Shown piece by piece: positions 7,893 to 16,856 of a stretch of DNA of 54,493 bases. The notes under the pieces were generated by a model that saw nothing but the letters and a program-made list of their open reading frames with translations, was not told the DNA's origin and ran no database searches. The position numbers were made by a program, and so were the translations under genes. The stretch comes from a virus (Duplodnaviria > Caudoviricetes): the IMG/VR virus record IMGVR_UViG_3300025528_000010, positions 1-54,493 of that record; one strand, given 5' to 3'. How positions within the stretch are numbered: position 1 is the first letter of the stretch; each line of letters starts with the position of its first letter.

Positions 7893-10337
7893 TCATCCGA
7901 TCCTGTAGTTATCCGCTCGACCGAAGAGGATGGTGCTCCCAACAGAGAAAGTACCTTTCAGACCCGCCCCCATCCGAATACCAGAACCAACATTCATGCG
8001 GCTATTGACGAGGACCAAGGCACTGAGCCTCGGGAGAGTGGCAGAAATCCGGCTGCCGTATGAGAGACGCACGAAGCCATCGGACGAAAGATCAGGCAAA
8101 ATAGGATCAGAAAGCAGGCGATAAGAGGCGCGGAGCCGAGCGCTGCTCTCGACTCCTTGCAAGCGCGCATCAACTGCCACCGAATAGCGTAGCGCGAGGC
8201 TCGCTGATGCCGTCAAAGCGGGGAGAATCACATGCCCCCGGAGGCTGTAGAAGATGCTGATATGCCCTTGCGCCTCTGGTGACGGCAGGATCAGATCAGC
8301 TTGCCCGTCAATCGGATAGCCGCCAGCAGAATCAACCCGCAGCTCCGGCAGGGTAACGTTGGCATCGATTTTGACCGTCGCACCAAGGCTGCCGCTTACC
8401 CTGATCACCCCAAGGGTGAGGTCCCCCAATAGGACGAGTGGTACATCCACATCGCCTGTGGTCCGAACCGACGGAAGACGTGCATCCAGGTCAAACCAGA
8501 GAGGCATGTCGACTTCCACGGTCGCTTGGGGCGCCGGCATACGCGCTGTCAGCAAAACGTCGTAATGATCCGGCACCGGGTTGTCGGCATATGCCGCAAC
8601 TAGCAGTTTGGGAAGCGTGATTTCGGCTGAGATCTTCCCAGGAAATCCTACGGTACCGCTCGCCACCGTCGATGGCAGTCTGGCGTCCACAAGCACCCCG
8701 AGAGGGACGGAGACAGAACCGGATGCCCTCGGTGCCGGCATGCGGAGATCCGTGATGACACCGAGGGGGACGTGAGCATTCAACGTCACAACGGGCGACG
8801 GGAGCGTGAAGTCCGCCCAGACGCCGATCAGATTGACCTCGACGTCAATCTGACTCCTGATGTGCGGGAAAACGATCTCTGCCTGCAGTTCCAGCGGCCA
8901 CTTGATCAGACCGCTTGTGCGGAGCGCAGGGAAACGAGCGTCGACCTTGGCGCGCGAGGTGTAGTTACCCTCACCCTCTGCCGAGAAGCTCGGGAGAACG
9001 CAAAAGCTGTAGAGGTACGGAATGCCCGGCACCTCGTCATGCGAGGTTGAGTGTCCGATCTCCACATCGATGTGCAAGGTCTCGATGGGGATATCGGGAG
9101 ACCACACTTCGTCTGCAATGATCTCATAACTGTAAGAGGCTTCCCCCACATCCACATCGATGTGAGTCGTTTCGATGAGGAATGGCGGGGAAATTATCCA
9201 TTCATGTTCCGTCAGCTCAGCGCTGCCAGAGGCAGAAACTGACGGCAGACTCGCGCTGATGTCCGTCGAATAGATCAAGCGCGCAACGATCTCTACTTCG
9301 ACGGGTTGCAACCTGCTGCTTCTGTGGCTCCCTGCACTGATCGCTGCCGTGATGGCAGGAAGCTCCGCCGTGCTCCATGAAGTATCCCGGAAAGCTCTAA
9401 GGCTTGGCGGCTGCGTCCTCGAACCCGACAAGAAGCGACCACTCGCGGACCACTCGGCCCTTCCCCCGTTAGATGCAAAAAGGTCGACAGAGTGTGTGAG
9501 CGTGTGGGTGCTCGGATCGACATCGTAGATCCGAAAAGCATTTTGCGCGATGACCGCAAGCACACGACCATCCCGGCTATAGATCATCTCATACGTGTTA
9601 GGAACACTGGTATCCGTTCTGGGGGACGTAAAATTATCACCCGAGCGTTGATAGATAACGAATCCAAAGGGACCACTGACGAGAAAGAAACGCCCGTCGG
9701 GAGAGAAGGCAACCCCGTAACCGTGATTGTTTAGCGTTGAAACATTTAGCCTGGTAAAGTTGTTACCCTCTCGCTTCCAGACAGTGAAACCTGGGGTAGA
9801 ATCATTCCAGTTTTGAGGTACAGCGAGATATCGACCGTCTGGTGACCATGCGACGTGTTGAGCCTGCGTTGTTGCCGCTCCAGGCGGACGAATGCTGCTC
9901 ACCGGGACGCCGTTCTCGTCAAGCTCGAAAACAAGGCAGTTTCCATTTGAATTGGCTGGTAGTGAGCAAGCAAGGTATCGTTTTGAAGGGTCCAATGCGA
10001 GGCGCAGGACAGTTCCGATGCCCTGCGCAACAGGTCCGAGGTCGAAAGGGACTAGGGTGTCCCCTTCTCTCTTGAAACCCGCCAATCCGTTGGAACCGTT
10101 CCGAGCCGAATAGAGAGTTCGATCATCCCGCCAGATCGAACCCCAACACGTCGTATTGGCATCGTATCTCTGCAGGAACTGCAGCGCGTCGCCGACGCGC
10201 TTGTAAAAGTAAAGCCCTATCTCTCCTGCGAACGAGCCGACCGCCAGGTAGTTATCGTCTGGAGACCAGGCGGGATCAAGCGCCTGACTTCCCGGCAAGG
10301 TATCCGGCGCAGTTAGCTCGATGAAAGGGCCAGCCAT
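7893..10337 (-). CDS. fibre protein: N-terminal WD40-like beta-propeller plus ~16 repeats of 21 aa
   Basis: AWSPDDNYLAV, AWSPDGRYLAV, AFSPDGRFFLV blades; C-terminal LP-anchored 21-residue periodicity. Confidence 0.75.
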   Translation of the reverse strand: MAGPFIELTAPDTLPGSQALDPAWSPDDNYLAVGSFAGEIGLYFYKRVGDALQFLQRYDANTTCWGSIWRDDRTLYSARNGSNGLAGFKREGDTLVPFDLGPVAQGIGTVLRLALDPSKRYLACSLPANSNGNCLVFELDENGVPVSSIRPPGAATTQAQHVAWSPDGRYLAVPQNWNDSTPGFTVWKREGNNFTRLNVSTLNNHGYGVAFSPDGRFFLVSGPFGFVIYQRSGDNFTSPRTDTSVPNTYEMIYSRDGRVLAVIAQNAFRIYDVDPSTHTLTHSVDLFASNGGRAEWSASGRFLSGSRTQPPSLRAFRDTSWSTAELPAITAAISAGSHRSSRLQPVEVEIVARLIYSTDISASLPSVSASGSAELTEHEWIISPPFLIETTHIDVDVGEASYSYEIIADEVWSPDIPIETLHIDVEIGHSTSHDEVPGIPYLYSFCVLPSFSAEGEGNYTSRAKVDARFPALRTSGLIKWPLELQAEIVFPHIRSQIDVEVNLIGVWADFTLPSPVVTLNAHVPLGVITDLRMPAPRASGSVSVPLGVLVDARLPSTVASGTVGFPGKISAEITLPKLLVAAYADNPVPDHYDVLLTARMPAPQATVEVDMPLWFDLDARLPSVRTTGDVDVPLVLLGDLTLGVIRVSGSLGATVKIDANVTLPELRVDSAGGYPIDGQADLILPSPEAQGHISIFYSLRGHVILPALTASASLALRYSVAVDARLQGVESSARLRASYRLLSDPILPDLSSDGFVRLSYGSRISATLPRLSALVLVNSRMNVGSGIRMGAGLKGTFSVGSTILFGRADNYRIG

Positions 10338-10347
10338 CGAAACCTCG

Positions 10348-11769
10348 TCACGCGCTGTAGAGAATGAGGCCGTCTGCGCCGAAAGTAAGTTTCAGCTCCG
10401 AATCCTTTTCTGCTCTCTGCAAGCCGTTGAAGTCGATGAAGATCAAGGGTTTCTTGTCGACATGGGAATCATCGTAGATGACGGCGTAATTGAACCGTAG
10501 CGTGTCCTCGATGATGATCTGCGTCACGTCATCGAAGGCGATGGATACAGATGCGGGGCTGCGCACCTCCCAACGGCCGTTTTGCAGGGACTTTCCGCCT
10601 TCCGGCCAACCGTTCCCGTATACCTCATGAGCACCGCCACCCGTGACTTGGTCGAGGGTCGTGTCCGTTTTATCGAACGATGCGTCTGCACTCAACAGCG
10701 CAATTTTCAGGCTCTCGATGTTGATCGATCCGAGCGTCAGCCCCGGAACAACATCATTGTAGAAGTAGCCGACGCCGCGCGGAGGATCGATGTGAGAGCT
10801 GATTGCCTGTGCCGTCGATCCGGTGTTTACGTTCGCGAGTAGGTCGACAGCCTCGATAAATTCTCCTTCCAGGTACTCGAATGCCCTTCTGTTAGCTGCA
10901 TCAATCAGGTAGCGACCATCGGCGGTGAAGCCCAACAGGCTGCCGAACGTCCCAGAGAGGGTCTGGATCGGCTGAAACGTGTTTCCGGTGCGTCGGTAGA
11001 TGACGGTTGTAGGCTGTCCTGACGTCTGCCACGAGATCGCGACATGGCGACGATTTGGCGAGAACGCCGCTGTAACCGGATAGCCAAATTGCCCGCCAGA
11101 AATCTCACCAACTTTGAACAGTGTGTCGACGTCGGTTTTCCAGACCTCGACGAGGCCCGCATTATCACCAAAGAGAACAAAACGGCTATCCGCACTCCAC
11201 ACGGAGAAATCCAATGGAGTGTGCTTTTCCAATGGACGACGGACAGTAAAGGGGCTTGTTTCTGGCGCACCGTCGGGTCGGTAGTTATAAAAACTTCCAC
11301 CCGTTACACCTTGAATAACAAAACGGGCGTCAGGAGACAAAGAGATTGACCGAAGTGTCCCCTGGCTCAGGTTTCCAACATAGCCCGAGCTAACAATAGC
11401 CCCATCAACATTAATAGTATTCAGATAGACGTAATATTGCGAACTAATGGGGGCAGTCGCGACGTACTCCTTAGCAGGGGAGTACGAGGACCTATGCTTG
11501 TCGACTCCAGAGGTATTTGAGAGCTGCCTGGATGCAATTAACGTAAGATCCCTGTGAAATGTTTTCAGTTGGATGTCCCAGTAACCTTGAGTGTGAACCG
11601 CCGCAAGGTATCTGCTATCTCTCACAAAGAACAGAGCAGGGGGGTAATTTACAGCGTCTTTATTGCTGAGGGACGTGCTCGCGATCTGAACAAACCCCGC
11701 CTCGCTGAGCTCGAACATGCGAAGCGTGCCGTCACTCCAGGTCGCGAGGAGGGGCTTGCCGATTGCCAT
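10348..11769 (-). CDS. WD40-like beta-propeller protein with C-terminal virion-fibre-type domain
   Basis: LSPDARFV, WSADSRFV, FSPNRRHV, FTADGRYL blades; C-terminus LKIALL..EVYGNGWPEGG..YAVIYDD..PLIFIDF. Confidence 0.75.
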   Translation of the reverse strand: MAIGKPLLATWSDGTLRMFELSEAGFVQIASTSLSNKDAVNYPPALFFVRDSRYLAAVHTQGYWDIQLKTFHRDLTLIASRQLSNTSGVDKHRSSYSPAKEYVATAPISSQYYVYLNTINVDGAIVSSGYVGNLSQGTLRSISLSPDARFVIQGVTGGSFYNYRPDGAPETSPFTVRRPLEKHTPLDFSVWSADSRFVLFGDNAGLVEVWKTDVDTLFKVGEISGGQFGYPVTAAFSPNRRHVAISWQTSGQPTTVIYRRTGNTFQPIQTLSGTFGSLLGFTADGRYLIDAANRRAFEYLEGEFIEAVDLLANVNTGSTAQAISSHIDPPRGVGYFYNDVVPGLTLGSINIESLKIALLSADASFDKTDTTLDQVTGGGAHEVYGNGWPEGGKSLQNGRWEVRSPASVSIAFDDVTQIIIEDTLRFNYAVIYDDSHVDKKPLIFIDFNGLQRAEKDSELKLTFGADGLILYSA

Positions 11770-11771
11770 GA

Positions 11772-12200
11772 TCAGGCTCCCTTGGGCATCGTCACAGTGA
11801 ACGAAACCACGGTCACGTCGATCCCCTGGATGACCGAGGTCGAGGACAACTTGAGGTCGCCAGTGCCGCTGGTGTCCGATACATCGCCGTCCATGATGGC
11901 CTTGTCGTCCCCATCGAAGACGCGGAAGAAGACTGCGTTGCCCGTCTGGAGAGCCTGGACGGGATCGACGGGCTCGGCCGTGGCGTGTCCACCGTTGTTG
12001 GCATCTACGGCTGCCCCGAAAGCGGGCTTCTGCAACTCAAACTCGACGAGAAGAGTCTGATTGCTGATGGGCGTGTCCACACTTGCAGGCCGAGTACCGC
12101 CGTAGATGCGGAGCTTGGCTGCGCCCTCCCCAGCATCGAACAGTGCGGTGATCGTGTTACAGGCCGCAATGGCGGCGTCGGTGGAGATGCGAACTGCCAT
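11772..12200 (-). CDS. small virion structural protein (putative fibre subunit)
   Basis: GGAGA RBS; LRIYGGTRPA..GNAVFFRVFD..MDGDV..GDLKL motif typical of phage fibre or minor virion proteins. Confidence 0.7.
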   Translation of the reverse strand: MAVRISTDAAIAACNTITALFDAGEGAAKLRIYGGTRPASVDTPISNQTLLVEFELQKPAFGAAVDANNGGHATAEPVDPVQALQTGNAVFFRVFDGDDKAIMDGDVSDTSGTGDLKLSSTSVIQGIDVTVVSFTVTMPKGA

Positions 12201-12211
12201 GGGAGTCTCCA

Positions 12212-12251
12212 GTGTCACGTTTGCAGTGCTCTTATACTGAAAACGTGACAC
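12212..12251. promoter_or_regulatory. paired 19-bp operator-like site
   Basis: GTGTCACGTTT-N18-AAACGTGACAC. Confidence 0.65.
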
Positions 12252-12263
12252 CAGGACAAGAAC

Positions 12264-15200
12264 TCACTCCCGATAGAAAAACGAGATGGCCGCGTAGGGA
12301 ATATAGGTCAAGGGGATGATCATGTCCGGCGCGACGCCGTAATACCCATCCGACTCTTCGCCAGGCTCCTTGGGATGGATGATGATGGTCGGCCCCTCCC
12401 CTTCATCGGGCAGAACGATGACATCAACATCCTCGCCAGCCCCGTCGTCCCGTTCGACCGCATCACTCTCCTCGATCTCTCCGCTCTCAGGGTCACGCTC
12501 GACAAGGATGATCTCCTCTGGTGTCACGACCACCATCTGCTCACAATTGACAAATGCAATGTCGAGAATGATGCCCTCGTGCTGCCAGTTGATCGGAGGA
12601 TATGGTTTTTCGACTAGGGTATCCGTCTCGGTGTCAACCTCGAAGATTGTAAACGGATACTCAAAGCCCCCGTGAGCAACCACGATGTGATTGCAAGACG
12701 AGAAGTCGATTGGCCCAAACGGAACGAGCTTACTATCGACGGCCTCGTAATTGAGTGTACCGTCGACGAACTTATAGAGAACGATGTCACTCATGCCGTC
12801 GGGGCGCCTGTAGGTCGCTGCGAAATAGACCTCGAACGGAGAGAATGCGAGATAGGAGGCCAGCATGTCGGGCTCGAACTCGACGCCCTTGAGGCTAAAG
12901 TTCGTCATCCCAAACGTATTGAAGATGTGCCGCCCCTGGCTGCTAATAGGGTCCTCCTCGCCGTTAAGCGCGAAATAAGAGAACGCAATTGGCGTCTGGG
13001 AAAACACCATGTTGGTGATTGAGGCTCCTTGGGAGTGCATCATGTAGCCCTTCTCGATGAAGGTCTTGGTGCCCTCGTTGAGCCAGTAGACGCTTACGAA
13101 TGTGCCGTTGAGCCTTGAGAGCTTGATGTAGGTGTTGTCCTTGCGTTTCACCCCCAACTGCAGGCCGTCGGGGTTCTTCCAGAGGACGAAAGTTCCTTGC
13201 GGGCTGTACTGTACGTCATAGACATAGCTCGCGTTAAAATCGTCCTCGAATGGGACGTAATCGAGTATGCTCATGTCCGCTTTGAGGAAGTGACGGCCGT
13301 AACCGCTACTATGCGTCGTGTGAATGAGGCTGGAGTCGGGAGAGAAGCCATTGTTCCGGCTTGTCTCAGAAAGATACCCTTCGGCAATCTGGCGATAAGA
13401 GCGAGCCGAGAAGTGCTCCCCTCTCTTATAAATCCAATCTGCGTACAGGACAAACCGGTTGTCTGGCGTTACCATCGGCCCGAGGCGTGGGCTATAGTTT
13501 GTAGGCCGCGCTTGCAACCACACCTCAGTCAAACCGGAATCGCTGAACTGCAGCACCTTAAGATAGTAGTAAGGCTGCCCCCAATCCCTTCCCACCGCTG
13601 CGTAAACCAACTGTCCGTCAGCAGAGAACGAGACTGTCGCATAGCCAATACCCAACGGCTTATCAGGATCAGCAGATGCGATAATCTCGTAACTCTCGCC
13701 GTTGAACGCATAGATGGCATAATCCTGCCCCTCGTACCTAGAGAATATCACGAGCAAGCGGGACCCGTCTGGACTCACAGCGGCTGAGTAAGGATAGTAG
13801 GACGTGCCGGTCGGCAGCCAACTCGGAATTGGAATATCCTGAAGCTCGACAAATTGTGTCTCCGTGTACTGTCCGAACCGGATTCGTCTTTCTGACCACC
13901 GCGTATAGATGATGCGATTGCCAACCGTCATGCAGATGCTACCGAGACCGCCAAAACCGATATCGACGGCACTATAGGCGAAATAGAAATTATCCCCGAC
14001 ACGACGGTAAACCAGATCTTTGATCAACAAAAAATCACCATTGAAAGACCACCTAACATTCATTTGTCCGATAACATCTTCAATGGTGAATGGGAGTTGC
14101 TCATACAACTCTTCATCGTGATTCCATTTCCAGACACGCACTGACCACACCTCTGGCCCGCCAGGGCGAGATGCGACCGCAAGGTAAATACCGTCTGGAG
14201 ACCAACAAAAGACTGTCTCACCATTCACATCGCCGCCGATGGTCTGCAGCGGTGTGAGCTGCTCTCCGTCCCAGCGCGCAATGTGAAGGATCTCCCCCTC
14301 GGTATAAGCAAGCTGTGATCCATCAGGCGAAAAGGCGCGATAGATCTGCAATCGCTCATAAGTTCGGATCGTTCCAGGTACCGCCATCAGCGGCGTATGG
14401 AGGACGAACTCGTCAACCTTCCTCTGGTACAGCCCTCTTAGGCCATACATGTAGGTGCTGTCTCGAGAGAACTTAACCTCCGGGCTATAACCGGTGTCCC
14501 ATAACAAGTCGCCGATGGTCGCAGGAACAAAACCATACTCGGGGTGAAGAAAGTACGAGATGGGTCCGAGGCGAATCGACGTTGGCGAAATGAGCGTTAC
14601 GACCAGGATGTCCCCATCTGGGTTGAAGGTGGCGCGTCTTTCAGTACCCGCAGTCGATGGCAGGTCCCCGAATGCCGAGAAGCCAGACTCGCCCCACTCA
14701 TAGACCTTGAGGTTGTCGGCGGCGTTCCCATTGAGGATGAAGAAGCGATCATCAGGAGAGACCGCCAACAATCGACCCGACGGAAGACCAGAGATCGAGG
14801 GGAAATTCGTCCCCTCGTTGCTATAAATCGCGTGATTAGTGGTGGTCTTGACAATAAGAAACGTATCTGCAGGCGAGAACTCAACTGCTTCGAGGGACCC
14901 CGCAGGTACGCCGACAGAGGCAATCAGATTGAGATTGTCGAGCTCATCACGCTGATAGATCTTCACCGTGTTCGGTGAGTCAGTGCGGACGAGTGCCAAT
15001 CTCGACCCGTCGCGGGTGAAGCTCGCGTGAGAGATGTAGGCAGGCGGTGTCGGCAGATCGAGAGCATGGTTGAACCGCATGTAGGTCGGCCCTGTCCGAC
15101 GATAGAGCACCGCAGCTTCACCCGTCGAGCCGCCGAGAAGCAGGTAGCTATCATCACCAGAGAAAACCCGGATGCCCGTTTGAGGGACTGGAAAATCAGG

Positions 15201-15404
15201 GTTGCCAAAGATTGGCATCTCGTCGACCCGCAGGTCGTATTCGAGTGCCATTTGGTTCATATCCGGGGCGAATTTCGCCTGTTTGGCAGGGGACGCCAAT
15301 GGGGGCTGCACCTGGTACTGGACCGGGTTCTCTCCGCGCAGGCCGACCTGCAAAATGCTGATGTAGGGATAGAAGTCAAGCGGGCGTACAGTGAAGTGTC
15401 TCAT
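12264..15404 (-). CDS. large multi-beta-propeller (WD40-like) tail protein, putative receptor-binding protein
   Basis: Many FSPDG/WSPDG/FTRDG/FNPDG blade motifs over 1046 aa; located in the tail-fibre region. Confidence 0.75.
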   Translation of the reverse strand: MRHFTVRPLDFYPYISILQVGLRGENPVQYQVQPPLASPAKQAKFAPDMNQMALEYDLRVDEMPIFGNPDFPVPQTGIRVFSGDDSYLLLGGSTGEAAVLYRRTGPTYMRFNHALDLPTPPAYISHASFTRDGSRLALVRTDSPNTVKIYQRDELDNLNLIASVGVPAGSLEAVEFSPADTFLIVKTTTNHAIYSNEGTNFPSISGLPSGRLLAVSPDDRFFILNGNAADNLKVYEWGESGFSAFGDLPSTAGTERRATFNPDGDILVVTLISPTSIRLGPISYFLHPEYGFVPATIGDLLWDTGYSPEVKFSRDSTYMYGLRGLYQRKVDEFVLHTPLMAVPGTIRTYERLQIYRAFSPDGSQLAYTEGEILHIARWDGEQLTPLQTIGGDVNGETVFCWSPDGIYLAVASRPGGPEVWSVRVWKWNHDEELYEQLPFTIEDVIGQMNVRWSFNGDFLLIKDLVYRRVGDNFYFAYSAVDIGFGGLGSICMTVGNRIIYTRWSERRIRFGQYTETQFVELQDIPIPSWLPTGTSYYPYSAAVSPDGSRLLVIFSRYEGQDYAIYAFNGESYEIIASADPDKPLGIGYATVSFSADGQLVYAAVGRDWGQPYYYLKVLQFSDSGLTEVWLQARPTNYSPRLGPMVTPDNRFVLYADWIYKRGEHFSARSYRQIAEGYLSETSRNNGFSPDSSLIHTTHSSGYGRHFLKADMSILDYVPFEDDFNASYVYDVQYSPQGTFVLWKNPDGLQLGVKRKDNTYIKLSRLNGTFVSVYWLNEGTKTFIEKGYMMHSQGASITNMVFSQTPIAFSYFALNGEEDPISSQGRHIFNTFGMTNFSLKGVEFEPDMLASYLAFSPFEVYFAATYRRPDGMSDIVLYKFVDGTLNYEAVDSKLVPFGPIDFSSCNHIVVAHGGFEYPFTIFEVDTETDTLVEKPYPPINWQHEGIILDIAFVNCEQMVVVTPEEIILVERDPESGEIEESDAVERDDGAGEDVDVIVLPDEGEGPTIIIHPKEPGEESDGYYGVAPDMIIPLTYIPYAAISFFYRE

Positions 15405-16135
15405 AGCGCTTTGCCGAAGAAAGAGAAGGATGCGTTGCGGAGTCCACCAGCAATTGCGAGGATGTCTCCCTCCTCGAAGACAGTATCTTCGTCGATGACG
15501 ATACCGTTTTCCCAGGATTGTTGCCCCTGGTAGGCCGCCCCAATTAGTTGCTCGTTCTTGAAGATCGCCAGGCTTGTTCCGGGTTTAAGCCCACGACAAC
15601 AAGAGAAAGGACCGTTTGGACCGTATCTATCGGATGCAGGTAGCATGAACGGTCGATCGACGATGATCTTCGTCAGCTCGTTTGGGCGGGTCGCCGAGAC
15701 AAAAACACTGATTTCCACACGTCTCTTCCACAGAGGGACTTCGCAAATTGGTCTCCACTCGGTCCCCGTGAAACCGACATACATGTAGTCAGCTTGGATG
15801 TAAGCCTTGACCCCCTGAAAGGGTGCCTGCGAATAGCCATTCCCTTGGCGATTGACGTAGACGAGGCTGCAGCTCCCTGTTCTGGTGGCATAGGAGCGGA
15901 AATCCGGGTCTGTGTAGTGAGGAGGCACCTGCCACGGGGCGCGCGGAATCCGATACCAGTAGACCGTCGCCCCGAGCCACCAGTTCAGGAAGACAAAGTT
16001 ATTGGTGACATCAACGTCCCACAGGTGCTCGCCAACCCCCCAGAACGCACGTGCCTTGTTACGGAGTTCCTTACTCGAGTCCTGGCGCTCGATGTCGGTA
16101 TAGGCGCGCTCGATCTGCCTTGCGATGATGGGCAC
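15401..16135 (-). CDS. tail tip/fibre adaptor protein
   Basis: Position; C-terminal domain (ISVFV..RP..F.LPA) resembles that of the upstream DUF2793 protein. Confidence 0.65.
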   Translation of the reverse strand: MPIIARQIERAYTDIERQDSSKELRNKARAFWGVGEHLWDVDVTNNFVFLNWWLGATVYWYRIPRAPWQVPPHYTDPDFRSYATRTGSCSLVYVNRQGNGYSQAPFQGVKAYIQADYMYVGFTGTEWRPICEVPLWKRRVEISVFVSATRPNELTKIIVDRPFMLPASDRYGPNGPFSCCRGLKPGTSLAIFKNEQLIGAAYQGQQSWENGIVIDEDTVFEEGDILAIAGGLRNASFSFFGKAL

Positions 16136-16147
16136 TGCAACCTCCGA

Positions 16148-16855
16148 TCAGCCAGCATGCAGCGGTCGAACCTGACCGCGCAAGGAAATCGTTAGTCCCT
16201 CGGCGCCATGCAGATCCTCCGGGGCCATGATCGTGAGCGCTTGAGCGCCAGCCGGCTCGGCCTGCAACTCGCTTGGGAGGGTCACGATGTCGTTCGGGAT
16301 GTTGAACACGCCAACGGTCGACCCGTTGGCGAACGTAATCGTGCCACTCCCCGAGCCGCCTGTCACGCTAAAAGTGACATCCGCACCAACAGGGGGCACC
16401 TCGAGCAAGGCCGTCGAGCCGATGGCTCCGGCTGGTAGAGTGAACTCCATAGCCGCCACATAGCGGAACACAGGAGCATCAGGTCGAATGCGACCTGGCA
16501 CATAGACGTTTAGCGAGCGGGGGACTGGAGGCTGCGTCGCATTGAGGTCGATGGCCGTCACCCATTGCCCATGATGGTTGAAATGGACATACGCCTGCTC
16601 ATCGGCCACATAGACGAGCACACCCTCTTTCGGGGAGATGGTGTTCCACCCACCGTCAAACCACACGTTGATCAACCCCGTCGACGGGTCGATGTAGGCC
16701 GTGTTGTTCACGGCAGATGTCGGCAACGGCGTTGATCGGCTCACCACCGTCGGGTGAAAGAGCGTTGCCATCTTAAGGAAGTTGCGACTCATCGCATCCC
16801 CCCATCCATGACGGGGGAAAGAAGACTGAAAGTCGAAACCGCCAAGACTCGCCAT
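16148..16855 (-). CDS. DUF2793 domain tail protein
   Basis: VVSRSTPLP..WNTISPKEGVLVYVADE motif; follows the central tail protein. Confidence 0.75.
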   Translation of the reverse strand: MASLGGFDFQSSFPRHGWGDAMSRNFLKMATLFHPTVVSRSTPLPTSAVNNTAYIDPSTGLINVWFDGGWNTISPKEGVLVYVADEQAYVHFNHHGQWVTAIDLNATQPPVPRSLNVYVPGRIRPDAPVFRYVAAMEFTLPAGAIGSTALLEVPPVGADVTFSVTGGSGSGTITFANGSTVGVFNIPNDIVTLPSELQAEPAGAQALTIMAPEDLHGAEGLTISLRGQVRPLHAG

Positions 16856-16856
16856 A

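Noticed and set aside
7893-15404. Diversity-generating retroelement or invertible tail-fibre system
   Set aside because: No reverse transcriptase or invertase gene, and no template/variable repeat pair noticed by eye
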